DNA of 64,000 nt from Escherichia coli. Lineage in GTDB: Bacteria > Pseudomonadota > Gammaproteobacteria > Enterobacterales > Enterobacteriaceae. The stretch lies in assembly GCF_051903065.1 (NCBI RefSeq), contig NZ_CP178438.1, one strand, 5' to 3'. Below, one piece after another: positions 11,904 to 24,176 of the stretch. Each line of letters starts with the position of its first letter. Position 1 is the stretch's first letter. The position numbers and the translations under genes are program-made. Under the pieces are notes generated by a model that had not been told where the DNA came from, ran no database searches, and saw only the letters and a program-made list of their open reading frames with translations.

Positions 11904-12662
11904 ATGTCTGACTGGAACCCCTCTTTATATCTGCACTTTGCCGCTAAACGATCGCGTCCGGCGGTGGAGCTGCTTGCCAGAGTGCCGCTGGAGAATGTCG
12001 AATATGTTGCCGATCTTGGCTGTGGCCCAGGTAACAGCACCGCCCTTCTACAACAACGTTGGCCTGCTGCCAGGATAACGGGCATCGACTCATCTCCGGC
12101 GATGGTTGCCGAAGCACGCAGTGCTTTGCCGGACTGCCAGTTTGTGGAAGCAGATATCCGCAATTGGCAACCGGAACAGACACTCGATCTGATTTTTGCT
12201 AATGCCTCACTGCAATGGCTGCCCGACCACTACGAATTGTTTCCTCATCTGGTTTCGTTACTTAATCCGCAGGGCGTGCTGGCAGTACAGATGCCAGATA
12301 ACTGGCTGGAGCCGACCCATGTGCTCATGCGCGAAGTTGCCTGGGAACAAAACTACCCGGATCGCGGGCGTGAGCCGCTGGCAGGCGTTCATGCTTACTA
12401 CGATATTTTGAGCGAAGCCGGATGTAAGGTCGATATCTGGCGAACCACTTACTATCATCAGATGCCGTCGCACCAGGCGATTATCGATTGGGTGACCGCC
12501 ACTGGATTACGTCCGTGGTTACAGGATCTGACCGAGAGCGAACAGCAGCATTTTCTTACGCGCTACCATCAGATGTTGGAAGAGCAGTATCCACTGCAAG
12601 AGAACGGACAGATACTGCTGGCATTTCCGCGTCTGTTTATTGTTGCCCGGCGTACGGAGTAA
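11904..12662 (+). CDS. tam: trans-aconitate 2-methyltransferase
   Basis: 252-aa ORF with SAM-binding motif ([11 protein letters not shown]); K-12 gene order. Confidence 0.85.
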   Translation: MSDWNPSLYLHFAAKRSRPAVELLARVPLENVEYVADLGCGPGNSTALLQQRWPAARITGIDSSPAMVAEARSALPDCQFVEADIRNWQPEQTLDLIFANASLQWLPDHYELFPHLVSLLNPQGVLAVQMPDNWLEPTHVLMREVAWEQNYPDRGREPLAGVHAYYDILSEAGCKVDIWRTTYYHQMPSHQAIIDWVTATGLRPWLQDLTESEQQHFLTRYHQMLEEQYPLQENGQILLAFPRLFIVARRTE

Positions 12663-12665
12663 GTA

Positions 12666-13580
12666 TCACGTCAGCTGGTAATGACGATCGGGAAGAATTT
12701 TTGCTGGAATTTCGGCTTCATCGTTCATCTGTAACAGGTCAATTTCAATAGCGTTGCAGATGGCATCCAGTGGTAAATCATTGTTTTCAATACCGAACGG
12801 ATCTTCCAGTTCTTCCGCCAGACAATCCAGCGAAATAAAAGTGTAGGAAATCAGCACAGAGATAAAAGGCGTCATGTAATGCAGGTCCACGACCAGCGCG
12901 AACGGCAGCATGATACAAAACAGATAAACGGTACGATGCAAAATCAGGGTGTAGGCAAAGGGAATTGGCGTGTAGGCAATGCGCTCGCAGCCTGCCAGAA
13001 CCGCTGAAATATCGTTAAGCCGATCGTTGAGGCTAATAAACAGGATATCTGAAAGCTGCCCATTGCGGCGCTGAACCGCCAACCATTCTCCCATTATTAA
13101 CAAGATACGGTTAGCTGGAGAGTTCGAAGCCAGTACACGCTGAAGATCTTCAGTCTTGAGATAATGAGCCAGCACTTCCGCCTGTGGCTGTTTGCGTAAT
13201 GTCATGCGTAAACAGTGGGCGAAAGCGATTTGCAGCCGGGCAAACTCCCTTACACTTGCCGAATCCGGCAATGTCGTTTTTACCTCGCGCAGTAACGACC
13301 GCGAGGCAATCATCAACTGCCCCCAAAGTTTTCGCGCTTCAACGTAACGGGCGTAACCAGCATTATTACGAAAACCAAGAAAAATGGCGATGGCGACACC
13401 GAGAATGCTGAACGGTGCGAGGGTGAATTTAATGCCCAAATGCGTGTACCAGGGCAGCATGAAAATAACAGCGATAGAAAAGACAAAATTGAGTAGTAAG
13501 CGCGAGGATATCTTGGATAATACTGAACCGTGCCAGACAAAAATACGGCGCAGCCAGTGTTGTTGTGGACGAACAATCAT
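12666..13580 (-). CDS. yneE: Bestrophin-family membrane protein
   Basis: Hydrophobic ORF; start placed at internal Met (MIVRPQQHW) to give ~304 aa; the ORF track allows extension to 13631. Confidence 0.75.
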   Translation of the reverse strand: MIVRPQQHWLRRIFVWHGSVLSKISSRLLLNFVFSIAVIFMLPWYTHLGIKFTLAPFSILGVAIAIFLGFRNNAGYARYVEARKLWGQLMIASRSLLREVKTTLPDSASVREFARLQIAFAHCLRMTLRKQPQAEVLAHYLKTEDLQRVLASNSPANRILLIMGEWLAVQRRNGQLSDILFISLNDRLNDISAVLAGCERIAYTPIPFAYTLILHRTVYLFCIMLPFALVVDLHYMTPFISVLISYTFISLDCLAEELEDPFGIENNDLPLDAICNAIEIDLLQMNDEAEIPAKILPDRHYQLT

Positions 13581-13786
13581 GGTTATCTTCAGGCGTGGAA
13601 AAGTCGCCCTATTAAACGTGATTACGATCACATTCTCAAGACACGACTTACAAATTACCTACAAGCTTACAACATTAACAGGCGCTGCATGTGGCACCTG
13701 TTAATGATAAAGGCACACAGGATGTTGTAACTAATATAGTGAAATAAGAAACCCGGTCGAAACCGGGTTCAGAAGTAACGGTGTTA

Positions 13787-15238
13787 TTAGCACAACGGAC
13801 GTACAGCTTCGCGCATCCCTTTTTCAAGAATCGCATCCAGGTCATTAGCAACCTGCTCGACCAGACCAGGCACTTGCGTCAGGTCCTGCTCCCAGTGGTC
13901 TTTTTCTGCCAACACAATCGCTACCAGTTCCTGGGTACCGATAACACGGTCACGATGCTGGCTCCAGAGTTGCTGATAACGTTCCAGCCAGTGTGCATCG
14001 TCCTGTACCGGATATGTTTCTCCGTTACGCTCACCACGATAGAACGCAATCAATGCCGCTAATGCAAAAGTAAGGCGCGCCGGAAGTGTGCCGTTTGCCT
14101 TCTGCCCTGCCAGCAGCTGCGGCAGGATGCGGGTGCGGAACTTGGTCATACCGTTGAGCGCGATAGACAGCAGCTGATGCTTGATGTACGGGTTACGGAA
14201 ACGCCCGGTGACTGCACTGGCGAAAGATTCCAGTTCATCACGAGGCAAATCAAGTACCGGAATAATTTCTTCGTAGATGGCTTTTTCAACGAATGCGCAA
14301 ATTTCAGCATCGTTCATCGCTTCACCTACGGTATCCAGCCCTGCCTGGAACGCCACCGGCACCAACGCGGTGTGTGCACCGTTGAGTATTGCCACTTTGC
14401 GTTCTTTATACGGTTTAATATCGTCAACAATCAGCACGTTGAGCGGATATTTGTCCAGACGCAGTTCAGTCGCTAAGGATTTCGGCCCCTGAATCACAAA
14501 CAGGTAAAAGTGTTCAGCGGTGTCGAGGAAACCATCGTGATAACCCAGTTCTTCTTCCAGTTTAGCTACTTCATCACGCGGATAACCGGTAACGATACGG
14601 TCCACCAGCGTAGAACAGAAGCTGTTAGCCTGATCCAGCCATTGAATAAATGCTTCTGGCAGTGCCCACTCTTGCGCATAGCGCAGCACCAGTTCACGCA
14701 ACGCGTCGCCATTGTAGTCAATCAACTCACACGGGATGATGATCCAACCTTTATCCAGCGCACCGTTGAAATGGCTAAAACGTTCGAACAGCAGACGGGT
14801 CAGTTTTGCGGGATAGCTTACCGCTGGCGCGTCATCGAATTTATCGCCCGCATGGTAGCTGATACCCGCTTCGGTGGTGTTAGAGAAAACAAAGCGCATT
14901 TCCGGGTTGTGCGCCAGTTTCAGGAATTCATCGTATTCACTGTAGACGCTGATTTCACGATTAACCGAGCGAATCAGACGCGCGTCGCTGACCGCTTCCC
15001 CCTTCTCATTCAGGCCACGGATAATGGTGGTATACAGACCATCCTGCGTGCTCAGTGACGGCGGGAATGAAGTTTCAATCGGACGAACAACGACCACGCC
15101 AGAATTCAGATCGGTGTGCTCATTCAGGAGATCGATTTGCCAGTCAACAAAGGCGCGCAGGAAGTTACCTTCACCAAACTGAATGATACGTTCTGGATAC
15201 TGTGCACCGGGAAAATCGCGACGATTTAGTGTTTTCAC
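13787..15238 (-). CDS. uxaB: Altronate oxidoreductase (tagaturonate reductase)
   Basis: 483-aa ORF, mannitol-dehydrogenase family; K-12 gene order. Confidence 0.85.
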   Translation of the reverse strand: MKTLNRRDFPGAQYPERIIQFGEGNFLRAFVDWQIDLLNEHTDLNSGVVVVRPIETSFPPSLSTQDGLYTTIIRGLNEKGEAVSDARLIRSVNREISVYSEYDEFLKLAHNPEMRFVFSNTTEAGISYHAGDKFDDAPAVSYPAKLTRLLFERFSHFNGALDKGWIIIPCELIDYNGDALRELVLRYAQEWALPEAFIQWLDQANSFCSTLVDRIVTGYPRDEVAKLEEELGYHDGFLDTAEHFYLFVIQGPKSLATELRLDKYPLNVLIVDDIKPYKERKVAILNGAHTALVPVAFQAGLDTVGEAMNDAEICAFVEKAIYEEIIPVLDLPRDELESFASAVTGRFRNPYIKHQLLSIALNGMTKFRTRILPQLLAGQKANGTLPARLTFALAALIAFYRGERNGETYPVQDDAHWLERYQQLWSQHRDRVIGTQELVAIVLAEKDHWEQDLTQVPGLVEQVANDLDAILEKGMREAVRPLC

Positions 15239-15464
15239 AATGGGTTCCCTTCTGATTAGTCATACAACCTGTTTGAATTGGTACGACAGGTTAGCAAACT
15301 TTAATACGACGAACCCCTGTTTTGATCAACTCCTGATGATTAATGAGCAGTTTTATGAGAAAAGTGTGGAGCGGATCATGGTTTAATCGAGGAAAAACGC
15401 CTTTTCCTGGATCATAAAGTGGTAGAACACATTGCATTTAAATCGCTCTGAATGAACAAAGATG

Positions 15465-16883
15465 TCAGACAACTTCCTCACCGTAACGCATAGTGCTGGT
15501 ACGGTTGCGCCCATCTTTCTTCGAGCGATACAGACACGTATCGGCTTCGACCATCAATTTATTAAAGTCATCGGTCAGCGTTCGGTACGATGCGCGACCA
15601 CTACCGACGCCAATACTTACCGTGAGATAAAGCGTTTTTTGTTGCCAGGTGAATGGTTGCAGTTCAACGCCTTTACGGATTTTTTCCGCCATTAGCAGAC
15701 CATCGACAGGATTCACCGACGGCACTGCAACAGCAAATTCTTCGCCGCCCATGCGCGCCACCAGCCCCTTATCACCGACAATCTTCTGAATATGCCGGGC
15801 AAACACGCTTAACACTTTATCGCCACATTCATGTCCATAGTTATCGTTAATACTTTTGAAATAGTCGATATCAAGCAGCATGACAGTCAGATGTTGTGTC
15901 TGTTTCAGCGATGGACTTTTCAGCGCCTCATAAAGACCGGACCGTGAGTAAACCTGAGTCAGAAAATCAAAGTCGGCTCGCAGCGCAACTTGCTTCATTA
16001 GCGAATTGATCGCTGCCACGCTAAAAGAAACCATAATTGGGCATATCGCCATCGTGGCAATACCGAGACGTGCGGAGAACATTTCCGGAATGGAGAACGG
16101 CGAACCGACCGAGATATCAATCACCGAATTAGCCACCAGTACGATTTCCACCGCACCGGTGACAAAGGTCAACAGACATGTTACCTGCGGCGTATAGCGC
16201 ACTGCACACCAGATTAATGCAGGCAGCGGGAACGCCAGACTCCCCGCTCCGCCAATGACTACCGAGGCAATAACCGACACAATAAGCGCGATGGCGGGCA
16301 TCATCTGTTCTGCTTTAAAGCGCGGCAGCACTCCAGGAATAGCCAACGTCAGCATACAAGGCACGATCAACACGCCCGTTGAGAATTGCTCACTGAACCA
16401 GTCCGCAAGCAAAGGCCAGAAATCCAGACTATCAATACTGACCGAACCAATCGCCCCGACAATAGCGCATAATAATGCGGCAATCAGACAGTAATTAAAT
16501 AGCCGTAAGGCACTTACTGGCTCATACTTATTTTTCCCCAGACGCTTATCCCGCACGACCAGTAAGGCGACGGTAACAATAAACATCATATTGGAGAAAT
16601 TGATAGCCAGTGAAACCAGTCCCCATTCGGTGGTTATGACATCATAAACCAGCATCGCCACATAACTGATCGCATAGTAATGCAGTCGATTAAGCCAGAC
16701 ATAGCGGGCAAACACCCCCGCCATTACGCCATTCAGCGGCCAGAAAAGAGAAAGTTCGTGAACCAGCCGTAACTCTGCACCAATAAAATAGAACAGCGTG
16801 GTTAGCGCAAAAATAGCGATGCTATTACGTAGCAGATGACCTTCCTGGAACAAACGGAAAGTTGAAATGGGGTGTACATGCAT
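15465..16883 (-). CDS. dgcF: Membrane-anchored diguanylate cyclase (GGDEF)
   Basis: 472-aa ORF: N-terminal multi-TM region plus C-terminal GGDEF domain (RMGGEEF motif). Reference annotations may use a shorter start. Confidence 0.8.
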   Translation of the reverse strand: MHVHPISTFRLFQEGHLLRNSIAIFALTTLFYFIGAELRLVHELSLFWPLNGVMAGVFARYVWLNRLHYYAISYVAMLVYDVITTEWGLVSLAINFSNMMFIVTVALLVVRDKRLGKNKYEPVSALRLFNYCLIAALLCAIVGAIGSVSIDSLDFWPLLADWFSEQFSTGVLIVPCMLTLAIPGVLPRFKAEQMMPAIALIVSVIASVVIGGAGSLAFPLPALIWCAVRYTPQVTCLLTFVTGAVEIVLVANSVIDISVGSPFSIPEMFSARLGIATMAICPIMVSFSVAAINSLMKQVALRADFDFLTQVYSRSGLYEALKSPSLKQTQHLTVMLLDIDYFKSINDNYGHECGDKVLSVFARHIQKIVGDKGLVARMGGEEFAVAVPSVNPVDGLLMAEKIRKGVELQPFTWQQKTLYLTVSIGVGSGRASYRTLTDDFNKLMVEADTCLYRSKKDGRNRTSTMRYGEEVV

Positions 16884-17021
16884 TAATTATCTGTCCATAC
16901 AATTGCGGGTGGCAATTATCTCAACGTAATAAGTAAATTCTCATAAAGGATAGCATGTTCGCTGACAGCGGCGGCAAATAAAGGTACCCTGGGAATGCTA
17001 TTTTATCGTTTTCCGCAATTC

Positions 17022-17381
17022 TCATGGCTGATTCATCTGTACAACCAGCCAGTGATAGATTACCGCCACGATATAACGTTGTTGTTCTTCGCTTAACGAA
17101 ACACCCTGCGGAATGTTATGCCACTTAGCCAGACAACCGCGACAGCAGGTCGCGGTGGCGTGCTGAGCGATAAACACCGGATGCCCGCGCATGGGGGTTT
17201 GTTTACCGTCATTAGCCGGTAATGCCGGAGCAAGACGTTTAGCGACAAAATCCGCCGCATGTTGTTCGATGACTGGCGCGCCTTTCTCCAGACAATACTG
17301 ACGCTCTTTCATGCCCAAACGAAAGCGAGATCGAAATTTTGAACGGGATAAACGCGCGAAGAGTGGATCGAGAGACTGCAT
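17022..17381 (-). CDS. yneG: Uncharacterised protein YneG
   Basis: 119-aa ORF immediately downstream of glsB, same strand; K-12 gene order. Confidence 0.75.
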   Translation of the reverse strand: MQSLDPLFARLSRSKFRSRFRLGMKERQYCLEKGAPVIEQHAADFVAKRLAPALPANDGKQTPMRGHPVFIAQHATATCCRGCLAKWHNIPQGVSLSEEQQRYIVAVIYHWLVVQMNQP

Positions 17382-18307
17382 TAATAAACCGAACGCCCTA
17401 ACTGTTTCGTCAATTGTTCAAGGACGGCGATACCCGCAAGCGAGTTACCTGCATCATCCAGTTCCGGACTCCAGACTGCGATGGCCATTTCATGCGGAAC
17501 AATCGCCACAATACCGCCACCAACGCCAGATTTCGCCGGTAGTCCCACCCGCCAGGCAAACTCCCCCGCGTTCTGGTACATACCACTGGTCGCCATCAGC
17601 GCGTTAATTTGCCGTGCCTGCATTGGCGTCACCACAGGTTCATCAATATGAATAGCTTTCCCCTGATTAGCCAGAAAGACAAACGTCCGGGCCAGCTCTA
17701 CACAGCTCATTTTCAGAGCGCAGTAATGAAAATAGTTTTGCAGAACGGTTGTCACGTCATGATGGAAATTGCCAAACGACTTCATCAGCCAGGCGATAGC
17801 CGCATTTCGCGCGGAATGTTCAAATTCGGAACGCGCTACCACCGTATCGTAGGAAATATCAGACACACCGCTTAAGCCGCGCACGACTTCCAGCATACGT
17901 TGCCGTGGTGCGCTTAATCGCCCTTGCAACATATCGCAGACCACCAGCGCACCAGCATTAATAAACGGATTACGCGGAATACCCTGCTCCATTTCCAGTT
18001 GCACTAAAGAATTGAACGGTGATCCAGACGGATCTTTGCCGACGCGTTGCCAGATTTCCTCTTCGGAGTAATGACGCATGGCGACAACGAGACTCAGCAC
18101 TTTAGAAATAGACTGAATGGAAAAACGTTCTTGCGCGTCTCCGGCCTGAAAAAGCTGTCCGTCAACGGTACAGATAGCAATGCCCAATCGGGAACCGTCT
18201 ACTGTAGCCAGCGCCGGAATATAATCCGCGACTTTACCCTGACCAATGAGCGGCCGCACTTGCCGCAAGATGTTTTCTAAAATTGCATTATCCATGGCGA
18301 CTGCCAC
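17381..18307 (-). CDS. glsB: Glutaminase 2
   Basis: 308-aa ORF, serine-dependent glutaminase family (SGVGGGIVA region). Confidence 0.85.
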   Translation of the reverse strand: MAVAMDNAILENILRQVRPLIGQGKVADYIPALATVDGSRLGIAICTVDGQLFQAGDAQERFSIQSISKVLSLVVAMRHYSEEEIWQRVGKDPSGSPFNSLVQLEMEQGIPRNPFINAGALVVCDMLQGRLSAPRQRMLEVVRGLSGVSDISYDTVVARSEFEHSARNAAIAWLMKSFGNFHHDVTTVLQNYFHYCALKMSCVELARTFVFLANQGKAIHIDEPVVTPMQARQINALMATSGMYQNAGEFAWRVGLPAKSGVGGGIVAIVPHEMAIAVWSPELDDAGNSLAGIAVLEQLTKQLGRSVY

Positions 18308-18370
18308 TTTCTACTCCTGGACCGCAGGTCTGAAAAGACCTGCGAGTATATCAGAGCTGAATATGTCGCG

Positions 18371-19759
18371 TCAGATCCGGTCTTTCCACACCGTCTGGAT
18401 ATTACAGAATTCGTGTAATCCGAAATGGGAAAGCTCACGACCAAAGCCACTCTTTTTCACGCCACCAAAGGCCACTCGCGCGTCGCTGGCACAATAACCA
18501 TTGATAAACACCCCACCGCATTCCAGACGTGCCGCCATCTGTCTGGCCTGTGTTTCGTCGGTGGTAAAAATGGTCGCTGAAAGGCCGAACTCACTATCAT
18601 TAGCCAGTTCCAGCGCATGTTCTGCATCTTTCGCAATGGTGATTGCCGCAACGGGGCCAAACATTTCTTCCCGAAATGCGGTCATTTCTGGGGTAACATT
18701 CGCCAGAACCGTTGGCGGATAGTAGTTACCTGCCCCAGCCATCTTTTCCCCGCCCAGTAACAAACGCGCACCCTGCGCCAGGGTTTTCTCCACCTGATGA
18801 TGCAGCTCATCACGTAAATCGAAACGAGCCATTGGTCCGAGAGCGTTCTCTTCGTCACGGGGATCGCCCATTTTCAAGGCTGCCGCAGCTGCCACAAAAC
18901 GTTCGGTAAATGCCGAAGCAATTCCCTCTTCGATAATAAAGCGTTTTGCCGCTGCACAAACCTGTCCGGTATTCTGATAACGTCCGGCTACCGCCGCTTT
19001 AACCGCCAGTTCCAGATCGGCATCGTTAAGCACAATAAATGGATCCGAACCGCCCAGTTCCAGTACGCATTTTTTCAGTGCCGCTCCAGCCTGTGCACCA
19101 ATAGCCGCTCCAGCACGAACACTTCCGGTCACCGTGATAGCAGCAATGCGCGAGTCTTTAATCATCTGAGTGACACCGTCATTGTCGGCATTCAGCCAGC
19201 CATATACGCCTTGTGGGATTCCCGCATCTTTAAACACCTGGGCAATGAGCTGAACACAGCCCATCACATTCGGCGCATGTTTAAGTAAGTATCCGTTACC
19301 AGCAAGAATGATGGGAACAGCGCCACGCATCACCTGCCATAACGGAAAATTCCACGGCATAATCGCCAGAATCGTCCCCAACGGTCGATACTCAATAACT
19401 GCCTGCTGATTTTCCACCAGCGTAGGTTCCGCCTTCAGCATTGCCGGACCATGTTCTGCATACCAGTCACACAAATTCGCCGATTTCGCCACTTCAGCGC
19501 GCGCCTGGTTGATTGGTTTGCCCATTTCACGGGTGATCATTTGCGCCATTTCTTCGCTACGGGCGCGCAGAGCCTTACCGATATCACGCAGTTTTTCAGC
19601 ACGATAATCTATATTTGTCTCGCGCCAGTCGCGAAAGCCTGCTGCCGCCAGCTGAAGTGCGTTTTCGATATCATCAGCACCAGCCCACGGCAGCACAGAA
19701 AGTTGTTCACCCGTGGCAGGATTTATCGAAATTGCATGAGTTGCCGGAGTAATGGTCAT
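18371..19759 (-). CDS. sad: NAD-dependent succinate-semialdehyde dehydrogenase
   Basis: Aldehyde dehydrogenase family (catalytic Cys region [12 protein letters not shown] motif); start placed at [10 protein letters not shown], while the ORF track extends to 19783. Confidence 0.8.
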   Translation of the reverse strand: MTITPATHAISINPATGEQLSVLPWAGADDIENALQLAAAGFRDWRETNIDYRAEKLRDIGKALRARSEEMAQMITREMGKPINQARAEVAKSANLCDWYAEHGPAMLKAEPTLVENQQAVIEYRPLGTILAIMPWNFPLWQVMRGAVPIILAGNGYLLKHAPNVMGCVQLIAQVFKDAGIPQGVYGWLNADNDGVTQMIKDSRIAAITVTGSVRAGAAIGAQAGAALKKCVLELGGSDPFIVLNDADLELAVKAAVAGRYQNTGQVCAAAKRFIIEEGIASAFTERFVAAAAALKMGDPRDEENALGPMARFDLRDELHHQVEKTLAQGARLLLGGEKMAGAGNYYPPTVLANVTPEMTAFREEMFGPVAAITIAKDAEHALELANDSEFGLSATIFTTDETQARQMAARLECGGVFINGYCASDARVAFGGVKKSGFGRELSHFGLHEFCNIQTVWKDRI

Positions 19760-19859
19760 CGGGGTATCTCCTTTATGAGTCATGGTATGAAGATACGCAG
19801 ATTTACTCTTGCTTTAAAATGAATAATATTAAGCCACTTATTCACGAATCGAGAATATT

Positions 19860-20741
19860 ATGGATCTGACCCAACTGGAGATGTTCAACGCGGTTGCCGA
19901 AGCTGGCAGCATTACGCAGGCTGCAGCAATAGTGCATCGCGTGCCGTCGAATCTCACTACCCGTCTACGCCAGCTGGAAACAGAACTGGGGGTAGATCTG
20001 TTTATTCGCGAGAATCAGCGTTTACGTCTATCTCCTGCCGGGCATAACTTTTTACGCTATAGCCAACAAATTCTCGCGTTAGTGGATGAAGCGCGGAGCG
20101 TTGTCGCTGGCGATGAGCCGCAAGGTTTATTTTCTCTGGGTTCGCTGGAAAGCACCGCAGCAGTGCGCATTCCGGCCACGCTGGCGGAATTCAACCGTCG
20201 TTATCCCAAAATTCAGTTTTCACTTTCCACCGGCCCTTCCGGCACTATGCTGGAAGGTGTGCTGGAGGGAAAACTTAATGCGGCGTTTATTGATGGACCC
20301 ATTAACCATACTGCCATTGACGGGATACCGGTATACCGCGAGGAGCTGATGATCGTCACGCCACAAGGTCATGCGCCAGTAATCCGTGCCAGTCAGGTTA
20401 ATGGCAGTAACATTTATGCCTTCCGCGCCAATTGTTCGTATCGTCGCCACTTCGAGAGCTGGTTTCATGCTGACGGTGCCGCTCCGGGAACTATCCATGA
20501 GATGGAGTCTTATCACGGAATGTTGGCCTGTGTGGTCGCAGGAGCAGGTATTGCGCTTATTCCGCGCTCTATGCTGGAAAGTATGCCGGGGCATCACCAG
20601 GTTGAAGCGTGGCCGTTAGCTGAGCAATGGCGTTGGCTAACAACCTGGCTGGTCTGGCGTCGTGGTGCGAAAACGCGTCCGCTCGAGGCATTTATTCAAC
20701 TACTGGATGTGCCTGACTCGACAAAACAGGGTTACCAATGA
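19860..20741 (+). CDS. yneJ: LysR-family transcriptional regulator
   Basis: 293-aa ORF with N-terminal LysR HTH; divergent from sad. Confidence 0.85.
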   Translation: MDLTQLEMFNAVAEAGSITQAAAIVHRVPSNLTTRLRQLETELGVDLFIRENQRLRLSPAGHNFLRYSQQILALVDEARSVVAGDEPQGLFSLGSLESTAAVRIPATLAEFNRRYPKIQFSLSTGPSGTMLEGVLEGKLNAAFIDGPINHTAIDGIPVYREELMIVTPQGHAPVIRASQVNGSNIYAFRANCSYRRHFESWFHADGAAPGTIHEMESYHGMLACVVAGAGIALIPRSMLESMPGHHQVEAWPLAEQWRWLTTWLVWRRGAKTRPLEAFIQLLDVPDSTKQGYQ

Positions 20742-20818
20742 GCTATTTTTGATAGTTCTTGCGGCTAATATGCTCTATATAGTGATGTTCCGATGACTTA
20801 TGACTATATGGGGCAAAT

Positions 20819-21934
20819 ATGGTTACGCCAGTAAGCATCAGCAATTACATATCTCTTCCTGATGATTTTCCCGTTCGTAATATTGCACCGCAGGTAAAAG
20901 AAGTTTTAAAGGATTTTATTAATGCACTTAGTACAATAATATGTGATGAAGAGTGGCGCACGTCTTTAAACATCAACTCAGCCACAAAAAAGATATTTAA
21001 TAATCTTGACAACTTATCATATATTCAGAGGGCTTCTTTTCGGGGTAACGACACGCTATACAATGAAAAGGTTCAGTTTAAACTCACTTATCCCGCCAGG
21101 AATGGAAGGCACAAAGAAAATATTGAATTTCAGGTAGTAATAAATTTAAGCCCTATTTATTTAGATAATTTCCGCCATGATGGAGAAATTAATATTTTTT
21201 GCGCTCCCAACCCAAAGCCTGTTACTATGGGGCGCGTATTTCAGACCGGCGTCGAGCGTGTGCTCTTTCTGTTTCTGAATGATTTTATTGAACAATTCCC
21301 AATGATCAACCCTGGCGTACCCATCAAAAGAGCGCATACACCACATATTGAATCCCTGCCTCCGGATCACCATACCGCTGCAGATTACTTACGCCAGTTT
21401 GATTTGCTTGTCCTGAATTTTATCTCTCGCGGTAATTTTGTTATACTCCCCCGATTATGGAATAACTCTGAGGTTCACAGATGGTTCGTCAATAAAGATC
21501 CTAACTTGATCACCGCCATTCTCGACATAACGGACAGCGAATTAAAAGAGGATTTATTGCAAAGCCTGATGGATTCATTAGGTTCTAACAAACATGTACT
21601 ACCCGAAGTCTGCATCTGTTTTTTATCCCTTTTAGCAGAACAAGAATCTCCTCATTTTCAGGACTTGTTTTTATTTTTCGCCAATATGTTGTTACACTAT
21701 CACCAATTTATGAATCCCAATGAAAGTGATTTGAATGACGTGTTGATGCCAGCATCATTAAGTGATGATAAAATTATCAAACATATGGCGCGCAAGACCC
21801 TCAAACTGTTTGTAAAAAATGAAACACCGCCAAAAGTTACTCATGAAGACCTGGTGAAAAACAGGCCTCGCTCCCCTGTCAGACCACCTATACCCGCAAC
21901 CTCCAAAACGCCAGACATTCCTGATCGTCATTAA
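20819..21934 (+). CDS. yneK: Uncharacterised protein YneK
   Basis: 371-aa ORF, AT-rich codon usage suggestive of horizontally acquired DNA; K-12 gene order. Confidence 0.7.
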   Translation: MVTPVSISNYISLPDDFPVRNIAPQVKEVLKDFINALSTIICDEEWRTSLNINSATKKIFNNLDNLSYIQRASFRGNDTLYNEKVQFKLTYPARNGRHKENIEFQVVINLSPIYLDNFRHDGEINIFCAPNPKPVTMGRVFQTGVERVLFLFLNDFIEQFPMINPGVPIKRAHTPHIESLPPDHHTAADYLRQFDLLVLNFISRGNFVILPRLWNNSEVHRWFVNKDPNLITAILDITDSELKEDLLQSLMDSLGSNKHVLPEVCICFLSLLAEQESPHFQDLFLFFANMLLHYHQFMNPNESDLNDVLMPASLSDDKIIKHMARKTLKLFVKNETPPKVTHEDLVKNRPRSPVRPPIPATSKTPDIPDRH

Positions 21935-21952
21935 ACCGTGATGTTTACCGTC

Positions 21953-21984
21953 TCTCTGACGCGTGAAAGAATCAGCGTCAGAGA
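21953..21984. repeat. Strong inverted repeat downstream of yneK (possible terminator or protein-binding site)
   Basis: TCTCTGACGC ...12 nt... GCGTCAGAGA, 10-bp perfect stem; no clear T-run follows. Confidence 0.35.
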
Positions 21985-22084
21985 AACGGAAAACGCGATC
22001 CAGATCACAAATGCATTGTATTCACATCATTAACCGTTTTAAGATCATTTCATCACTTTTTCGCAACTCACCCGATAATCTGTT

Positions 22085-23275
22085 ATGACAACAAACACTG
22101 TTTCCCGCAAAGTGGCGTGGCTACGGGTCGTTACGCTGGCAGTCGCCGCCTTCATCTTCAACACCACCGAATTTGTCCCAGTTGGCCTGCTCTCTGACAT
22201 TGCGCAAAGTTTTCACATGCAAACCGCTCAGGTCGGCATTATGTTGACCATTTACGCATGGGTAGTAGCGCTAATGTCATTGCCTTTTATGTTAATGACC
22301 AGCCAGGTTGAACGGCGCAAATTACTGATCTGCCTGTTTGTGGTGTTTATTGCCAGCCACGTACTGTCGTTTTTATCGTGGAGCTTTACCGTTCTGGTGA
22401 TCAGTCGCATTGGTGTGGCTTTTGCACATGCGATTTTCTGGTCGATTACGGCGTCCCTGGCGATCCGTATGGCTCCGGCCGGGAAGCGAGCACAGGCATT
22501 GAGTTTAATTGCCACCGGTACAGCACTGGCAATGGTATTAGGTTTACCTCTCGGGCGCATTGTGGGGCAGTATTTCGGCTGGCGAATGACCTTCTTCGCG
22601 ATTGGTATCGGGGCGCTTATTACCCTTTTGTGCCTGATTAAGTTACTTCCCTTACTGCCCAGTGAGCATTCCGGTTCATTGAAAAGCCTCCCGCTATTGT
22701 TCCGCCGCCCGGCATTGATGAGCATTTATTTGTTAACTGTGGTGGTTGTCACCGCCCATTACACGGCATACAGCTATATTGAGCCTTTTGTGCAAAACAT
22801 TGCGGGATTCAGCGCCAACTTTGCCACGGCATTACTGTTATTACTCGGTGGTGCGGGCATTATTGGCAGCGTGATTTTCGGTAAACTGGGTAATCAATAT
22901 GCGTCTGCGTTGGTAAGTACGGCGATTGCGCTGTTGCTGGTGTGCCTGGCACTGCTGCTACCTGCGGCGAACAGTGAAATACACCTCGGGGTGCTGAGTA
23001 TTTTCTGGGGGATCGCGATGATGATCATCGGGCTTGGTATGCAGGTTAAAGTGCTGGCGCTGGCACCAGATGCCACCGACGTCGCGATGGCGCTATTCTC
23101 CGGGATATTTAATATTGGAATCGGCGCGGGTGCGTTGGTAGGTAATCAGGTAAGTCTGCACTGGTCAATGTCGATGATTGGTTATGTGGGCGCGGTGCCT
23201 GCCTTTGCCGCGTTAATATGGTCAATCATTATATTTCGCCGCTGGCCAGTGACACTCGAAGAACAGACGCAATAG
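22085..23275 (+). CDS. ydeA: MFS sugar (arabinose) efflux transporter
   Basis: 396-aa 12-TM MFS ORF; K-12 gene order. Confidence 0.85.
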
Positions 23276-23278
23276 TTG

Positions 23279-23302
23279 AAAGGCCCATTCGGGCCTTTTT
23301 TA
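23279..23302. terminator. Bidirectional rho-independent terminator between convergent ydeA and marC
   Basis: AAAGGCCCATTCGGGCCTTTTTT: GC stem flanked by A-run and T-run. Confidence 0.7.
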
Positions 23303-23965
23303 ATGATACGTTTTAATGATTTCCAGGATGCCGTTAATAATAAACTGCACCCCCATACATACCAGCAGGAATCCCATCAGACGGGAGATCGCTTCAATGC
23401 CCCCCTTACCCACCAGCCGCATAATTGCGCCAGAGCTGCGTAGACTTCCCCACAAAATAACCGCCACCAGGAAAAAGATCAGCGGCGGCGCAACCATCAG
23501 TACCCAATCAGCGAAGGTTGAACTCTGACGCACTGTGGACGCCGAGCTAATAATCATCGCAATGGTTCCCGGACCGGCGGTACTTGGCATTGCCAGTGGT
23601 ACAAAAGCAATATTGGCGCTGGGTTCATCTTCCAGCTCTTCCGACTTGCTTTTCGCTTCCGGTGAATCAATCGCTTTCTGTTGCGGAAAAAGCATCCGAA
23701 AACCGATAAACGCGACGATTAAGCCGCCTGCAATTCGCAGACCGGGAATCGAAATGCCAAATGTATCCATCACCAGTTGCCCGGCGTAATACGCCACCAT
23801 CATGATGGCAAAGACGTACACCGAGGCCATCAACGACTGACGATTACGTTCGGCACTGTTCATGTTGCCTGCCAGGCCAAGAAATAACGCGACAGTTGTT
23901 AATGGGTTAGCTAACGGCAGTAACACCACCAGCCCCAGGCCAATTGCTTTAAACAAATCTAACAT
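23300..23965 (-). CDS. marC: Inner membrane protein MarC (UPF0056)
   Basis: 221-aa multi-TM ORF divergent from marRAB. Confidence 0.85.
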   Translation of the reverse strand: MLDLFKAIGLGLVVLLPLANPLTTVALFLGLAGNMNSAERNRQSLMASVYVFAIMMVAYYAGQLVMDTFGISIPGLRIAGGLIVAFIGFRMLFPQQKAIDSPEAKSKSEELEDEPSANIAFVPLAMPSTAGPGTIAMIISSASTVRQSSTFADWVLMVAPPLIFFLVAVILWGSLRSSGAIMRLVGKGGIEAISRLMGFLLVCMGVQFIINGILEIIKTYH

Positions 23966-24077
23966 TGGTGGTTGTTATCCTGTGTATCTGGGTTATCAGC
24001 GAAAAGTATAAGGGGTAAACAAGGATAAAGTGTCACTCTTTAGCTAACCTTGCATCGCATTGACCAAAACTTGAACC

Positions 24078-24102
24078 GATTTAGCAAAACGTGGCATCGG
24101 TC
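24078..24102 (+). promoter_or_regulatory. Candidate marbox (MarA/SoxS/Rob activator site) upstream of the marRAB promoter
   Basis: GATTTAGCAAAACGTGGCATCGGTC contains the GCA...AAA core typical of marbox sites; position relative to -35 fits the known marO architecture. Confidence 0.55.
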
Positions 24103-24113
24103 AATTCATTCAT

Positions 24114-24174
24114 TTGACTTATACTTGCCTGGGCAATATTATCCCCTGCAACTAATTACTTGCCAGGGCAACTA
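24114..24174 (+). promoter_or_regulatory. marRAB promoter/operator (marO) with two MarR-binding palindromes
   Basis: -35 TTGACT (24114-24119), -10 TATTAT (24136-24141); palindromes TTGCCTGGGCAA (site I, overlapping -35/-10) and TTGCCAGGGCAA (site II, just before the GTG start). Confidence 0.8.
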
Positions 24175-24176
24175 AT

